From assembly GCA_002633005.1 (NCBI GenBank), contig NMRA01000041.1, positions 563,294 through 627,293 of the forward strand: DNA of 64,000 nucleotides, written 5' to 3'. The notes under the pieces were generated by a model. That model had not been told where the DNA came from. It made no database searches and saw only the letters and a list, made by a program, of their open reading frames with translations. Source of the DNA: Phoronis australis. Lineage: Eukaryota; Animalia; Phoronida. Positions 23,638 to 37,211 of this stretch are shown here, one piece after another. Positions within the stretch are counted from its first letter, which is position 1; the number at the start of each line of letters is the position of its first letter. The position numbers and the translations under genes are program-made.

Positions 23638-26129
23638 GTGAGGAGAGTCCTTTCGTTGACTCACTTTTGTATATGGGCTTCAGCCATCTTCACTTCCTTG
23701 CTCAAACTGTGGCCGTGTCAGGAAGCGGTCCAGCGCAAGTCCAGTAGTGGTGAAGAGTCACGTCATTACTAATGCTACTGCGCATTATTTTGGAAGAGCG
23801 AAAAATATTGCAACTGACTTACACTAGGTAGTTTTTCATACTAGGCAGACTTGAAGTTACTGGACCTGAATTTGGTAAATACGACGGTAATATTCAAATT
23901 GAACTAAATGTTTTAATTGTATTTTATGCATCGAAATGAATCATGAACTTTGATCCAGGTACAATTTTTAGTTTCTACATACAGGTTCTGCTGTACTATT
24001 GTGGCAAGCCATATCATCATAGTTAACAGAACATGGTTGCATGTCCGAACTCTTGAGTTGTCATAGAACAAATTATTCTGCGCTTAAGAAAAAGAATGAC
24101 ATGTTGTAATACTCATTGTGACGTTCCAAATCTTGGTGTAATGATTTGGATGTGATTTTAATATATTTTTTGAAATGCTGGATTTGCATTGTCAAAGAAA
24201 ACGGAGATATTATTTTTTATCTCTTAGATTGTAGCTTGAATCAGAATTTTTTTGTGATAGCCATTAATCGGTTTGTTTAGCGTGTGGTTTTATGAGGTAT
24301 TGGCTGTGAACTGTGCAATGGGCAAGAGATGTCACTCATTATAGATGTTATCAACTTTTTTGATTTATTGGCCTTTAGAATTTAGGTTTATATTCAAGAC
24401 CATTTTTGTAATTTTATGTTAAATTTCTTTTTTGGACCCGAGCTGACTGTAATAGGTTTTCAATGTGAGAGTAGATTATGTGCGTGTAATTGCAATTGTC
24501 ATAAAATACGCACAATCTAGTTGGCTCTGGACACGTTGGGTTGAAGTGCTAACAGGAGTGTAATCCATTGTATTTACCATCGCCACTGTTACTGGTCTAC
24601 AATACTTGTCCTATGCATGTACATTTTAAACTAACATAAGTAAACAATCTAAAAGACAATGCTTAAGGTAATTTATTTGTTGTGTTCATGGATTGATCAA
24701 TTTTCTTTTGCATCCATATTAACAGCTCATTTGTATATCTAAGTATTAATAAGTTTGTATTAATTATTCAAGCTTGTATTCTGTAAATGTATAAATGTGG
24801 TATGTGCATGTATTCAAGCTTGCATACATACTGTATACTCTCATACAGGTTTTTACATAAATGTTTAGATAAGGATGTGAAATTATTCAAGCTTGTATGT
24901 AAATGTTTGAATATGTGCAATTTATTCAAGCTTCCTGGCATACCGTTTACTCACTGATATTTTCAACTTCATCTACATTATTTTATTTTCCTGAATTTAA
25001 TGTATGCCAAAAATTCTCAAATTTAGATAGTTATAGCGTTGGTAGAGAAATGTGGGATAAGAGTTCATCATTTCATATCACTCTTGCCAACTGCAATTGG
25101 CCGACATTCCAGTCGTTCCATCCATCATTACTGGAACTTGACCGAATTAGCCCTTTGGGGAAAGGCCCTGGGCAGAGCATGGTAGTTGTCCAACCTTGTT
25201 TTGATGTGTGGGTACATCATGTGAGAGTTGTTGAATGTCGTATTGCGTAACCATGAATAAACATGTTCCTTGGGAGTCAGGGTTTTGAATGATAGTGAAA
25301 TCTGAGAAATTCTTGTGGAGTCACTTGTCGGGAGATACTGAAGTTTTGTCATGTCTTGTGACTTGTGAATGGGAACCAGAATATTGACTTGCATTAATAT
25401 TGAGGTACTTACTTTTTGTTAAACATTTGGAATATAGTGTCCTGTTAACAACTATGACAATGATTTAATTAAAAACTGAATTTGGCATTAATTTATTAAA
25501 ACACTGATTTTACAAGAAATTGTCAATTTTCCTAGTTTGTAAACTACGATTTGAATAATAAACGTTTTACAGAAGACACTTTTCAAAATAATTACTTTAA
25601 AGCAGACTCTCTAGTTTTCCATGCTTACTGTAAACTAATGCAAGTATGAGACTGACAACTTTTAGTTCAGTTGCTTATTGTTGTGGCTGCTGTTCAGAAG
25701 GTAACATTACATCAAATAAATCCTATATTGACACCCTCACAGGTAGAGATTGGGCAACACGCCTAGTTTGCGTGCCTCAAAATCTGATCAAAGACACCAT
25801 GCTGTTGTAGTTAATTACATAGCCTCAAGCTGCTGATTTTATCATTTTTTAGATAATCGGACAAATCATAAACATACTGGCAGTATTTTTAAATTTCCTT
25901 TCAGAAGTTTTTAAATACCACATTTGAATAGATCGTAAAAAGTACACATGACAAGGTTTTTGAATTTTGAAAATCGGACAAGAAATGTGATTTAACCTAA
26001 AACGTTTGTATAATGTTGCCATAATATACCCCTCATTAATTCTGCTGGGTGTGCAACATAACAGAGCCAATTATCAAACCACCAGGCAGCGGTTGGATTT
26101 TGTCATCGTACAATACTGGCACCAGTTAA

Positions 26130-26983
26130 AGGCGAAGGAAAACTTTTTTCATGTCATTTTTAGCAAAATATCCTAGACATATTTTTCACTTAATTACAGC
26201 TTTTTGTAATTTAATTAATTATTCGTTCTCTAATCCGGAAGTGATGTTTTGGGAGGCAAGAATTTCGCGCCAATTTCTTTTCATATAGTCTGACTATGAG
26301 AGCTGTCGAGTCAGTCGTTGATCTACCTCAGTTGTGATAAGTTCGGTCCTCGTTTGCTTTTGTTTACGAGTTAGTCAACATGCTACACTGTTGTTGCATA
26401 CCAGGATGCACTCATTATGGCCAAAGCCTGTAAGCAGCCCTGCTGCGATGTTGAGCAGTAGGAGTGAATACAGGCCCACTGAAGAGTACAGTTCGTCATT
26501 CAATGAATAGATCGGTGACCCAAACTATGATAGGTTTATTGTGGACTTGTCTAAAGTATTGGAGCTATTTAGAAGGTGCCAGGTGTGTGGCGATGGAATC
26601 ACATGGCGGGGTGTAAGCAGTTTGTGTGCTCAGGTCACTATCTAGTGGGAGTGTGTCGCGGGACACTCTGGCATGAGATGATAATGAGTACAGCCCGGTA
26701 CGCAGCAAGAGTATGGCATGTTGACCGACTTGTAAACAAAAGCAAACAACAACCGAAATTTTCACAACCGAGATAGAACAATGACTGACTCAGCAGCTCT
26801 CTCAGTCATACTGTATAAAAAGAAATTGGCGGGAAATTCTTGCCTCCCAAAACATCACTTCCGCAGAGGAGAACGAATACTTAATTAAATTACGAAAAGC
26901 TGTAATTAAGTGGAATATATGTCTGGGATAACCAACGAACCTTATTTTTGCTAAAAAAGACACAAAAAAGGTTGCATTCACCT
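26130..26983. mobile_element. Non-autonomous DNA transposon with ~260-bp TIRs and TTAA TSD (Kolobok-like)
   Basis: TTAA|AGGCGAA..TTCACCT|TTAA; arms share CGGAAGTGATGTTTTGGGAGGCAAGAATTTC and TTTGCTTTTGTTTAC in inverted orientation. Confidence 0.85.
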
Positions 26984-28313
26984 TTAAACCAGAGGTGCAA
27001 TTCCTAAACACCAGTCTCCTAATCAATCACACTAAATTGGTACAATTACATACAACATGACCAGTCAAACTGCTAGCTGCCATATACACATTACACTGTA
27101 GTAACTACATGTACTGTAAGTTACTACTTAAGTATGATGTAAGACGTGATGATGGTGGTAGATTAATCAATACTACAAGTCAATCAACATGTGAGGTGAA
27201 ACTATCAATAAGAATCACTTGAAGTGAACGCAATCCAGGCTTAAAGCACAGTTACAACAATTTGTCTCTGACCAGCAGATTATATGCCAAGACTAGATAC
27301 CTAAAAAAATTTGAAATTCTCGAGAATATCAGATTAACAAAAATGCCCTAATCGTTAATCACCGTTGTGTCATTCAATGCAGCAGACGTTTCAGTAAAAT
27401 TTGCATGAGAGAGGGAAGCCACTTTATTTTCTCGCTCGCCTCTAGTTTCCAAACTCAGCAACCATGTTTTTTTGTACTACAAACGTGTATATTTTTAAAC
27501 TGAATCACTTGTCGGCGAGTTCGCACCAGTACAGCTTGTCTTGCCCACCAAAACCTGATCAATTTTTCAGGTGCACAGTCAAAAACACAGTCGCATAATA
27601 TGGCAGTCGAGTGAAATCTTATTTTATCAATAAAAAATGCATAGCACCAAATTAACACTACCATGATCAAACTATGTATCAAAGATACCAATAGACAATG
27701 TTTTGAAAAAATTGATTACATTCCCGAAAATGTTAGAAGACTTAACCTATCAAAATTAAAAAAGGCAATTTTGGCAATTATTTTTGTCAGACTTTGGCGA
27801 ATTTTACCATAATGGATTCACCACAGTTGTTAAATACAGTTTTTGGATGTATGTAGTGGCTTTACTGCTTAGGAATAACCACACAACGATTGTTGTATCC
27901 AGTCATTCTCTTCTTAACAAACACATCAATATCTGTATTCCTCTAATTATAAACTGCTGCATATCTCAGTGTCATTAGATGATCAACACACAACTCTGGC
28001 TTAGTCAGGGAGAGTAGCCATGTCAATTAATAGTGTGACAACACAGGCAAGTCTTCTCACTATCATATCAGTAACACGATCCATGTTCAGGGCCCAAAAA
28101 AAGCTGGTTATCAGAGTCAACATGTTTATGCTAATTCCATCTCAACCAGGATTGTTTAGACTTGTCAGTTTGTCAGGGTTGCAGTACAGCATGAAATAAA
28201 TGTGGAAAATGTATGAACAATAGGGTTGGTGTTTATGTACAGAGCTGCATGGAAACAATGACGCTGAGGAAAGTTCATGGATCAACCAATATTTCATTTT
28301 TATAATATCCAGG

Positions 28314-28532
28314 GGGCCGTTCCTAGAAACTGACTTAAGCTCATTTTTATTAGTCTAAGATTTGTCTCAGCTTCCATGCTTTGAAACATCCACATCCGGT
28401 AAGATGGTCAAAACTTTAATTCTGACTTAAAAGATCCCTTTCTTGAAATGGACTTGAGAGACAAATTTTATCTTAAAATTGACTGAAATTTCAGATTTGT
28501 CTGTGCTAAGTCAGTTCCCTAAGAACGAGCCC
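28314..28532. mobile_element. MITE with GGGC..GCCC termini
   Basis: GGGCCGTTCCTAGAAACTGACTTA versus the reverse complement of the right end, GGGCTCGTTCTTAGGGAACTGACTTA. Confidence 0.6.
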
Positions 28533-30766
28533 TAGAAGTATATGTGTTCCGAACACAGCCATTCATAAGTTTCATTTCAAGTGCTACCTATTTTACAGCA
28601 ACAGAACAAAAAATGCTCGCCAAGTTTAAATGACAAAAATAAATGACTTTTTTCAGTTTTCAATGTTTTCTCACATGCCTAGTCATACAGAACATTGTCT
28701 GGTCATAGTTTTGATACACTGTAAAGCATTCACTTGGTGTTATATAACTTTCAAGAAAAAAATGAGAAAACAACATTTTTTACTAGTTAGCCATACTCCA
28801 TACTGGGCCCTAAATTAGCGAGATTATACAAATACATTTATGCCACCATATAAATGAATATTTCTTGGTAAAATCTCAATTTCAGGAAATATAATAGCAA
28901 AATTGTTTTTTTTTTCATTTTTCAATGGCTTTTACCATTGTTATAATTCCCAAAATTTCCCAGAATTCCCAAAATTTTCCAGAACCATTGTCTGAATGTA
29001 AAAATGAAATAGCACTGGTGAAACGTTTACGAAATAATGAAAAAATAAAATTTTACTTGTCCGCCACATTGCGTCCTAAATTGGTGAGATTTCATCACAA
29101 GCAGACCTGTTAAGCATTTTCTAACTATCACAATCAAAAATTTGAACACAAAGTTTTTAAACTTAACATTCATAGAATATTCCTGAAGTACCGAAATTAC
29201 CAAATTATCCATTACAGTTACATTTTGCCGTGTTAAGCTGACTGAAAAAAAAAACAAATCGAATAAGTGCTATTACTCTCATAAAATTTGTCTTTCTATT
29301 CCTTATCACAATAGAATTCACTATCACCAAGAACACTGAAACCACCAGTGACTACATAATACTTCAGAGTTGCCAGCTCATTTAGCAACCATTCAAGATT
29401 GGATAAGCGTGGTAGTGTTTCTAAACCCCCAAGTGCTTAGTTTAACAGTGGCTAAATTCACCTTTAAGCCATGTTCACACTACGTTACCTCGGAACATAC
29501 ACTTGGGTACCTTGCACCCATCACCTTTTGACAAAGGAATTATTGCTGTACACATGGTTGTGCGGTGCTATTAGACAATGACTTATAGTTGCCGAACCCG
29601 ACCATAGTGAATAAGACATTAAAAATTTAGATTCAAATTCAACAAATTTTTTTTAATTAAATTGTATTTTAAAGAATCATGATCTTTGATGTAGTCCTTC
29701 CATTCCCTAACAATAACTGTGAAAAAAAATTGGGAATCCCGGAAAAATTCAATCAACAATTATTGCTAGAGTATGCAAGAACATGCCCTGGAGGACTTGA
29801 TGGGCACTGATCAAAGATTCGTTTCGATGTTTAATATACAAAATATTTGGTTGAACTGAATTTTAGCGGTCACATTCACCAAACTCGGTACAGCAAATTT
29901 AATTTGCTGAAGACATAAACATGTAAAGTTAGAACAAAATATAGCGCAAAAATGAAGACACTCGTATATATGTCACTGCACAAGGGTGCAGCAGATAATT
30001 ACTTGAATCTTGCTGGAATGTTTGTCACCACTTGATAAGGAAAGTGAGGTAAGTGTCGCACGCGTGTCAAGTTGCCCCATCACAATACAGTCCACACTTC
30101 AGTGTAAACCTAGCAATGATTCATTCAAGAGCAATTTGTCCCAGGACAACTCACAGTGTGGACAACACTTCAGATCTACACACTCCACAATGTTACAGTC
30201 TATTCAGATGACTTCATATCCTGGTCAAGTTGCTTCCCAACAATTTACAGATGTCCAGATCAAACTAAGCTATAAAGTAGAGTGACTGACATGAAGTTCA
30301 TAATGCATATACCCAACTTCGCAACTGAACATCATCTAATAATATTAAATAATTACTGTAATTAAAGAAACCATCTCGAACAAGGTAGGGCACAAACACC
30401 AAGACAGTTGGTAGATTTACACTACAAGACAAAAGTAATCAAACTAAAGACTACAAGGCAAAAGTAATCAAACTAAACATTGTTTCCCCATCACAATGGA
30501 TATTTCTTATAACAGCAAAAATGAACAGTAATAACAATTTTTGCGGAAAAGTAACAGCTGTTCTAATTACAGAATGGTTTAGCCATTACGCTAACTCCTC
30601 CATTAACCCCCCTTCATTCTCAGTCTTTAGAGAAGAATGCTTTGACAATGAATTCGCCCAGCCAACATGACAGGGAATTCAATAGTTTGAATACTTTTGG
30701 CGTATACTGTATCTATACTCGTACAAGGTAGTGCACATAAACACCATCATCAGTGAGTACACAAGG

Positions 30767-33504
30767 CTACACTATATTTGGTAGCTCTCCGTTGTCTTTG
30801 ACTAACTTGTCTCCGTTAACGACATCTCCATTTGATTTCTCGTCCACAAACTCATGACATGGGACCTTATCCCCGCAGGCACCCTGCTGGGCTCCATTTT
30901 GATTCTCATTGCTGCCCACTACCAAGCCACTTGTCAGCCCCACTGTGTCCCTTTTCCAGGTTGCCTGCCTCTCCACCTCAGAGGCCACTACCAACAACAG
31001 TTCTTTGTCTTTACACTCGATCTGCTCGGACAGATATACCCTGAGTTCCTCCTCTTTGCCAATGATCTCTGGAGCATCCAACTTAGAGTCCAAGTTATAG
31101 TACATGCCTCCAATGTTGCGTATACTGACCCAGTGTTTGCGATGTATAGGCAAGTGCAGCATACCCCACTTGTAATCTGTAGGAATGTTCAAAATGAAAC
31201 CTTCGATGTTCTCTAAGACTAAAATGCTGACATCTCTGAAAGACAGAAAATTAATACCCATTAGCAGCAGTACAGCCAGTAAATATCATAACACTGCACA
31301 ATGGCCAACTGAATACACCAGATGGCAATAAGAAACAAGTACATCCTACCCGTAGTAGCTTGCGCTAGTAAAAAGTATTTTAGATGAATAAACAGGATTG
31401 CATTCAGGTCATCGCTTTTATCTAGATCATCCCGATGTTCTGATGAATTGCTTTCTGCTCCCAATCTATTCAGATAATAAAAAGGTAACGTTTTTACATT
31501 AGCCCCACCTGGTGAATATTGAGTAGACCAGCAAACAAACATTAGGAGCCCATCATTACCAGATCACATTGTCTTGAGGTATTCATGTCAAACCGTATCA
31601 CAGTAGCGAAAGCAGATCCCATGGCCAACCCCCAAAAATCCAAACTTCAATTCCCTAAACCCACACTACAAATTCCATACAGGTGCCCCTTAATTACACA
31701 CACGCGCGTGCACACACACACGCGCGTGCACACACACACTGAAAATACTCCATACCCAGTGACTTCATTGCAGAAGCTAGTGTAGAATTTGTACCTATGG
31801 TTTGGAAGTCACAGGTTGAGGACTGAGGTTTCAGGGATCGTAACTAGAATTTAAAGGAGGGGGCCATGGAACTGCATTCACACCATGGCAGTGTTCACCA
31901 AGCCTGAAGGGACTACTCAAATAAGTATTAAGTTACTAACATCATAGAACAGCTTTTTATTGTGCTTTGGTTTCAGAGGATGAAAGTGATTCCAAGGCCG
32001 CACCTCTTAATTCCCGCATTGATCGCCTAAGCCCTAGTCCCAGACCAACAGCAACAAACCTGTAGTTTAAAGTCATTTAAACAATGTTCTGGTGTTAACA
32101 AAATCAACTTTTGTCACAGGTTGCATGCCCGCCCATGTGATGGCCTATACCATCAAGGTCCAACCACAGGTTTTTGAGATGTCAAGCAGACAGCCAGGAC
32201 AGGATGACGACAATATATGACCACACGTGTAAGTGTGTGCTCGACAAGGTACAGTGGTTACTGAATGAACTGAGAAGACATTAAATGGAAAACTAACCGC
32301 CTTTTATCAAACCAGACGACATCGAAGCCTTTAGTGTGCAGAGCAGACATCACAACATTAACATCATAGTTGCCCGTGCCCATAAAACTTCTGTGAGGGT
32401 TGATCCAACTGTTTGGAGACAACCTAAAAAAACAAGTCACAATTAACAGGCAACAATCATATCAGTAGCAAAATATTCAAAAGTTCAAAATGAAAAAAAC
32501 GGGACATCAATACTTAGTTCACGATCTATGCCAAAACGCAAGGCTCAAATGTTTGTCACAACACTCCAAAACATTACACCCTGACAGCCACAGAAATGCT
32601 AAAACATCAATTTGGCCGCAAGTGTCAAAAAGCTGGATGAGATGTGGGACAAACCTAAAAGTGGGACAGTACCACCAAAGTGCGACAGACCCGCCAAAAG
32701 TGGGTTAGTCCCATCAAAAGTGGGATAGTCCAGCTAAAAGTGCGACAAAAAGCCACTGTGTACTGTCAATGTGCCGGTACTGAATTATCCGAATGAGTTA
32801 CAGATAGACGGCAATTACCGGTTTATCACGGAAGGTTACGAATAAGTGTTCAGGTATTGATGACATGACCTTCTGTGACAACTCAGTAATTTCTGTTTGG
32901 CACATTGACAGTACGCAGCGGCTTTTTGGGAAGATTTTTGTGCATTGACTGTGCGAATTTGTTGCTAACTTTCTGGAGCATGACACGGTAAATGCTATCA
33001 GAAGAAAAAACAATTGCTCATGCTTTGTTGAACCCCTGTATTGTGTGAATTTATTAAGTTATGAGTTTGATACGGAGGGCTGAAGTAAAGCACCCGTGGA
33101 ATTCTTAGTCCATAGTGTCATACCTTGTACCATATATAGTGTATTGGACTAGAAACGATCAGAAGCTAACAACGCCTGTGCCGTGGGTCTGATTAGCAAA
33201 TAAAAATATTAATGAAATCACGAGCAACTAGGTCGTTAAAACTGTCAAAACATATCAGAAAATACCTTCAACGGTTTGTTTCAACTAAACAGGTACGTGA
33301 CATAACAAAAAACGTGGAAAAGTAGCAGTCTTACTTGGAACATATCGCGTCCAATGAAGACTTGCTGAACGCTTTCTCATCTTGGAAAAGGTTGTTGAGA
33401 GCGTGTAAGGCGCACAGTTCCTTCACTTGTCGTTCATGATAAATAGAATTATCTGTTTCTATGTTGACCTTGTTGTTGCGTTTTTCTTTCATAATGCACG
33501 ACAT
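30767..33504 (-). CDS. JOSD1: Josephin-domain deubiquitinase (JOSD1/JOSD2 orthologue), 3 coding exons
   Basis: Minus-strand exons 33504-33335 ([27 protein letters not shown], catalytic Cys), 32423-32298 ([28 protein letters not shown]), 31235-30767 (RKHWVSIR catalytic His; YYNLDSK catalytic Asp; stop). Both introns GT-AG, phase 2. JOSD1 vs JOSD2 naming is a vertebrate distinction. Confidence 0.93.
32644..32750. repeat. ~20-bp degenerate minisatellite (AAAAGTGGGACAG core), ~6 units
   Basis: Visible periodic AAAGTG(G/C)GA motif in Josephin intron 1. Confidence 0.7.
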
Positions 33505-33900
33505 TCTTGTCTTGTCTCGTTGTAGTTACATGTTCGTGTTTTCGCATTACGGCACTAACTTTCACTTTAGACAAGTAAACAGCTCACAATCTCCAAGTTC
33601 ACCATCTTCGTGCTAAATAGGTCACTCATGCTGTCAATCACACTCCCAATGGGGAAAGTGGTCGCTTAAAGTTGCCCTGTCCCTTGTATTTTCTTTTCAA
33701 GCTAATATGTCCAATATTCTGCACCCTAATTTCCTGAGAAATGCGACGCGGTCCCTTTTAAATTTCTATATATGCCGTTTTATTTAATTTTTAGTGACAT
33801 TTCAAAAAGTTCCCGGTGTCACGTGAGATTCTCACAACCAATTAGGGGACACATCTGCGACACCCGCGCACCTGTCTCTACAAACGTAAACGTAAAACGT
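33505..33900. promoter_or_regulatory. Putative bidirectional promoter between the Josephin gene (-) and GTPBP1 (+)
   Basis: Lies immediately upstream of the Josephin ATG and upstream of GTPBP1; locally CpG-richer; CCAAT at ~33647 and ~33838; E-box GTCACGTGAG at 33818-33827. TSS positions are inferred. Confidence 0.55.
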
Positions 33901-34395
33901 AGTGTTGAGCTAGTAATAAGCCGGGGTCATTGTAAGTTGTTACTACTAGAATTGTGTGTTTGCTTGCTGCAAGATCTTTGCGTAGCAGGCAAGCTTTCTT
34001 AAATTTCAGTCCGTTGTGAAATCTGCTTGATTATTTCCGACTTGACGGCTGGTGCCGTTGCCGTTCGTCTGTTTACTGCTGTTGAATTTATCTCCCAGGC
34101 TCCCAATATTGCACCATTCAATCAGTCTGCTGATGCAAGTCTGGTGAAACTGTACATTTGGTTGTCATTGTATATATAGCTCATTTGATTGCTTGTATGT
34201 AGCAGAATGTAGAATTTTTGCAATCAATGCAGAACCAGCAGAGAAATGTAGTAAAAAAACGCATCTGAGAGTCTGACCAGACTGAAGTGAAGACCAGTGA
34301 AGTTCCGAAGAGATGCACAATGCCGCAGTAGAGTAGTCTGTGACAAATGAGTGAGTTTGTTAACATTTTGTACTCTCTGAGCAAATGCACCTTTA

Positions 34396-34463
34396 GTTGG
34401 CGGGTATCAAACCCGGGCTGCCAGCATGAGAGTTGAGCATCCAAACCATTCGGGTTATAGGCA
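34396..34463 (-). mobile_element. Decayed tRNA(Glu)-like SINE head or tRNA pseudogene
   Basis: Minus strand GCCTATAACCCGAATGGTTTGGATGCTCAACTCTCATGCTGGCAGCCCGGGTTTGATACCCGCC has degenerate A/B boxes and a CTC loop, but the stems pair poorly. Confidence 0.5.
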
Positions 34464-35334
34464 GTTCGCATATTGGAAAGCGATTTGGAGAGGTTTTATT
34501 CAACTCTACGAGTCTCTACATCACATGTTGAAGTCACATGGTGGATCTGCGTCAAACTTCAATCATCACGGCAAAAAGATTTGGTATGGAGATGGCTAAA
34601 ATTATGGCTTCAGCCTGACAGGTCTTGAAAGTTGAACATCTAATGTCCAATCTTTCTCAGTTGCCAACTACCCTCCCGATGTACTGTTCACTTTTGTTTA
34701 GGCCTCTTACTATGGGCATCCCAGCACAATTGGCAGCATTCTGCATTTTAAGAGTCACATGACTCGTTAGAATGGTAAAAGTTTGCACAATTGTGCACAT
34801 ACGTAACACGTACGGGCAAGGGATAACTGAGGCTATGGAAAATTACTGTAAGCTGTGTGTAAGACTGTGCTTTGAAACAAGCTCGAATTTTTAGTTTTGG
34901 CAACTTGATACTGTAAGCATGGGGTGGACTTGGTGACGACTGGAGGAGGGGGATTTCCCTTACCCTGAAAAATTTGTTGGAAGGCTCTGGCACCTTTCCC
35001 TTCAGGTGAGCGAAGGGCAAGGTGTAGGATCTGGTTGTCTGATCTTCATATTTGCATTTTTAAAGTGTGCTTTACCAAAGACACCTTTTACAACTTGGAC
35101 TTGTCTTTTTTGTTTATTGGCACCCAGTGTTGTCTAGAGGTATCTACTTAATGTGCTTCTATTGAAAATCTTAAAAATAATCCTGTCTGCGTTCTTTTGA
35201 TCATGTTTTATGGGATGACAAATGCAGTAACATACTGTTTTCTGAACTAACCATCTGCTGTCGTCAATGGTAAAGCATCTACTGACCAACTGATTCATGC
35301 CCTGGCAAATTCAACTGGCAATCATGTGTTTTTC

Positions 35335-36340
35335 TTTTAAATTTTATTTCAAAACATAAAATGTATACAAATATACTGGTGTACAGCTGTGATATCTGAT
35401 GCAGTGAAGAAAAGAAGATAAAACAATAAATGTTCAAAACTGGGTCAAAAGCCCTCCATCATCGCAAATAACTGTTTATTGACATATTTTGTAAGTGTAT
35501 AAATCTATCTATTTTACAATATGTGATAGTTAAACTTTGTAATTGGCCAAACTTTGGAATATCAAGATCAATATGAAAAATGTAGTTAAGCAAAAAATTA
35601 TGTTGTACACTTTCTTGTAAGACTTGGGGAAAACCAAACAAAACTAGTTTGGTTGATATAGTGATATCTTCATTAAAGACTCTATTTAGCCAATGGGATA
35701 AATTATTCCATATTTGCTTCAAGACGATCACGAAAAGGTGTGTGTCAATTACAGGAGCATTAGCACAAAAGTACAAAGATTACTATCAAGGCTAATGAAG
35801 CTATGCTGATTTTTTTCAAAGAACGGTTAGTTGGAATTAGTTTGTGAATCAAATTAAACTGAAACCACTTCATTTGAGTATCTGGGAAATGCTTAATAAA
35901 TACAGGTGTTAATTTTTTTCCACTCCATGTTCTTATCATTTTTATTTAAGCACAAATTCCATTTAAATTCAGAAGAGGGGCAGATGTAAGCATTGTTAAC
36001 AGATATCTTGTCAAAATCAGTAACGCCTTTCTGTGACGTAGTTAAAACTTGAATTAAATGCGTAATGATACTGGTAATCCAAAAAGAAGTTGATAATCAA
36101 ACCTGTCCTTAACATTTTTAATTACTGCACAGATACCAAAATATGGTGTAAAATCTCCCACAAGGACAAAATTCCTGGTTGTCGAGAAGTCTTCCCGAAG
36201 AATAAATCAAATCAGCTGCTATGGTTCATAAAAAACAGGTTTCCCATCAGTACAAATAGAGTTGTTAAACTATAGCGGTTGAAATTCTAATTCCATCCCA
36301 TTATTGACTATGGAGGTCATATCAAAGGGCATAAAACATC
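35335..36340 (-). mobile_element. 5'-truncated, decayed L1/Tx1-clade LINE (ORF2 C-terminus)
   Basis: Minus-strand pieces read KWFQFNLIHKLIPTN..HLF..IWNNLSHWLN..LVLFGF..NFLLNY, typical of the cysteine-rich C-terminal region of L1-type ORF2; A-rich end near 35335-35350; frameshifts and stops. Confidence 0.65.
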
Positions 36341-36409
36341 CCTCCACAAAGGGTTTTTAATTTGATGTCAGTGCGCAGGGAATCGTGTCCCAGGCTTTTA
36401 TTTACTGAG

Positions 36410-36938
36410 CAACAAGGATGCCAGCCATTAACAGGGATATCAGCCATGAAACAGCAGGGATATCAGCCATCAAACAACAGGGATATCAGCCATCAAATCA
36501 CAAGGATATCGGCCACCAAACAACAAGGATATCAGCCATCAAACAACAGGGATATCAGTCATCAAACCACAAGGATATCGGCCACCAAATAGCAGAGATA
36601 TCAGTCATCAAACAACATAGATATCAGCCACCAAACTACAGGGATATCAGCCACCACATCACAAGAGTACAAGCCACCAAACCACAGGGATACCAGCCAT
36701 CAAATAAGAGATATCAGCCATTAAACAACAGGGATATCAGCCATCAAACAATAGATATATCACCCATCAAACAACAGGGATCTCAATGAGCCATCACTGA
36801 ATTAACAGGGATCTGTCATCAAAAGACAGGGATATCAGCCAGCAAACGACAGGGATATCAGCCATAAAACAACAGAGACATCTGCCATCGAACAACAGAG
36901 ATATCAGTCATCAAGTGACAAGGATATCAGCCATCAAA
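36410..36938. repeat. 23-bp minisatellite, roughly 23 units
   Basis: Consensus AGGGATATCAGCCATCAAACAAC; GATATC at 36436, 36459, 36482 and onward. Confidence 0.95.
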
Positions 36939-37098
36939 GTCTCTTTATAAAACAACCTCTCAAGTATTCACCTTTGATGGCTGATTTTCCCGTACTTTAA
37001 ATGAAAATCAAAAATATGAGACACTGTTAATATCCAGTTTCATTCTAGCTTCTATATGTTGTGTGTGATCAAAGGGATCAAGTTCCAGATTTTTTCAG

Positions 37099-37211
37099 GT
37101 ATACACCAGATATGGTTGTAAAACAGGTGACCAAACAAGGATAAATATGATTGGCACTTGAAAGTCTGTTGGAAGTTTAATCACCTGAATACAAGTGGCT
37201 GAAACAACATT
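37099..37211 (+). other. Possible non-coding 5'UTR exon of GTPBP1
   Basis: TTTTTTCAG acceptor and GTAAGT donor flank 113 nt. The GTPBP1 ATG exon begins at an acceptor (38436), so upstream UTR exons are required. Confidence 0.35.

Noticed and set aside
36362-36789. Gln-rich repetitive ORFs
   Set aside because: Translations of the 23-bp minisatellite; the period is not a multiple of 3 and there is no exon context.
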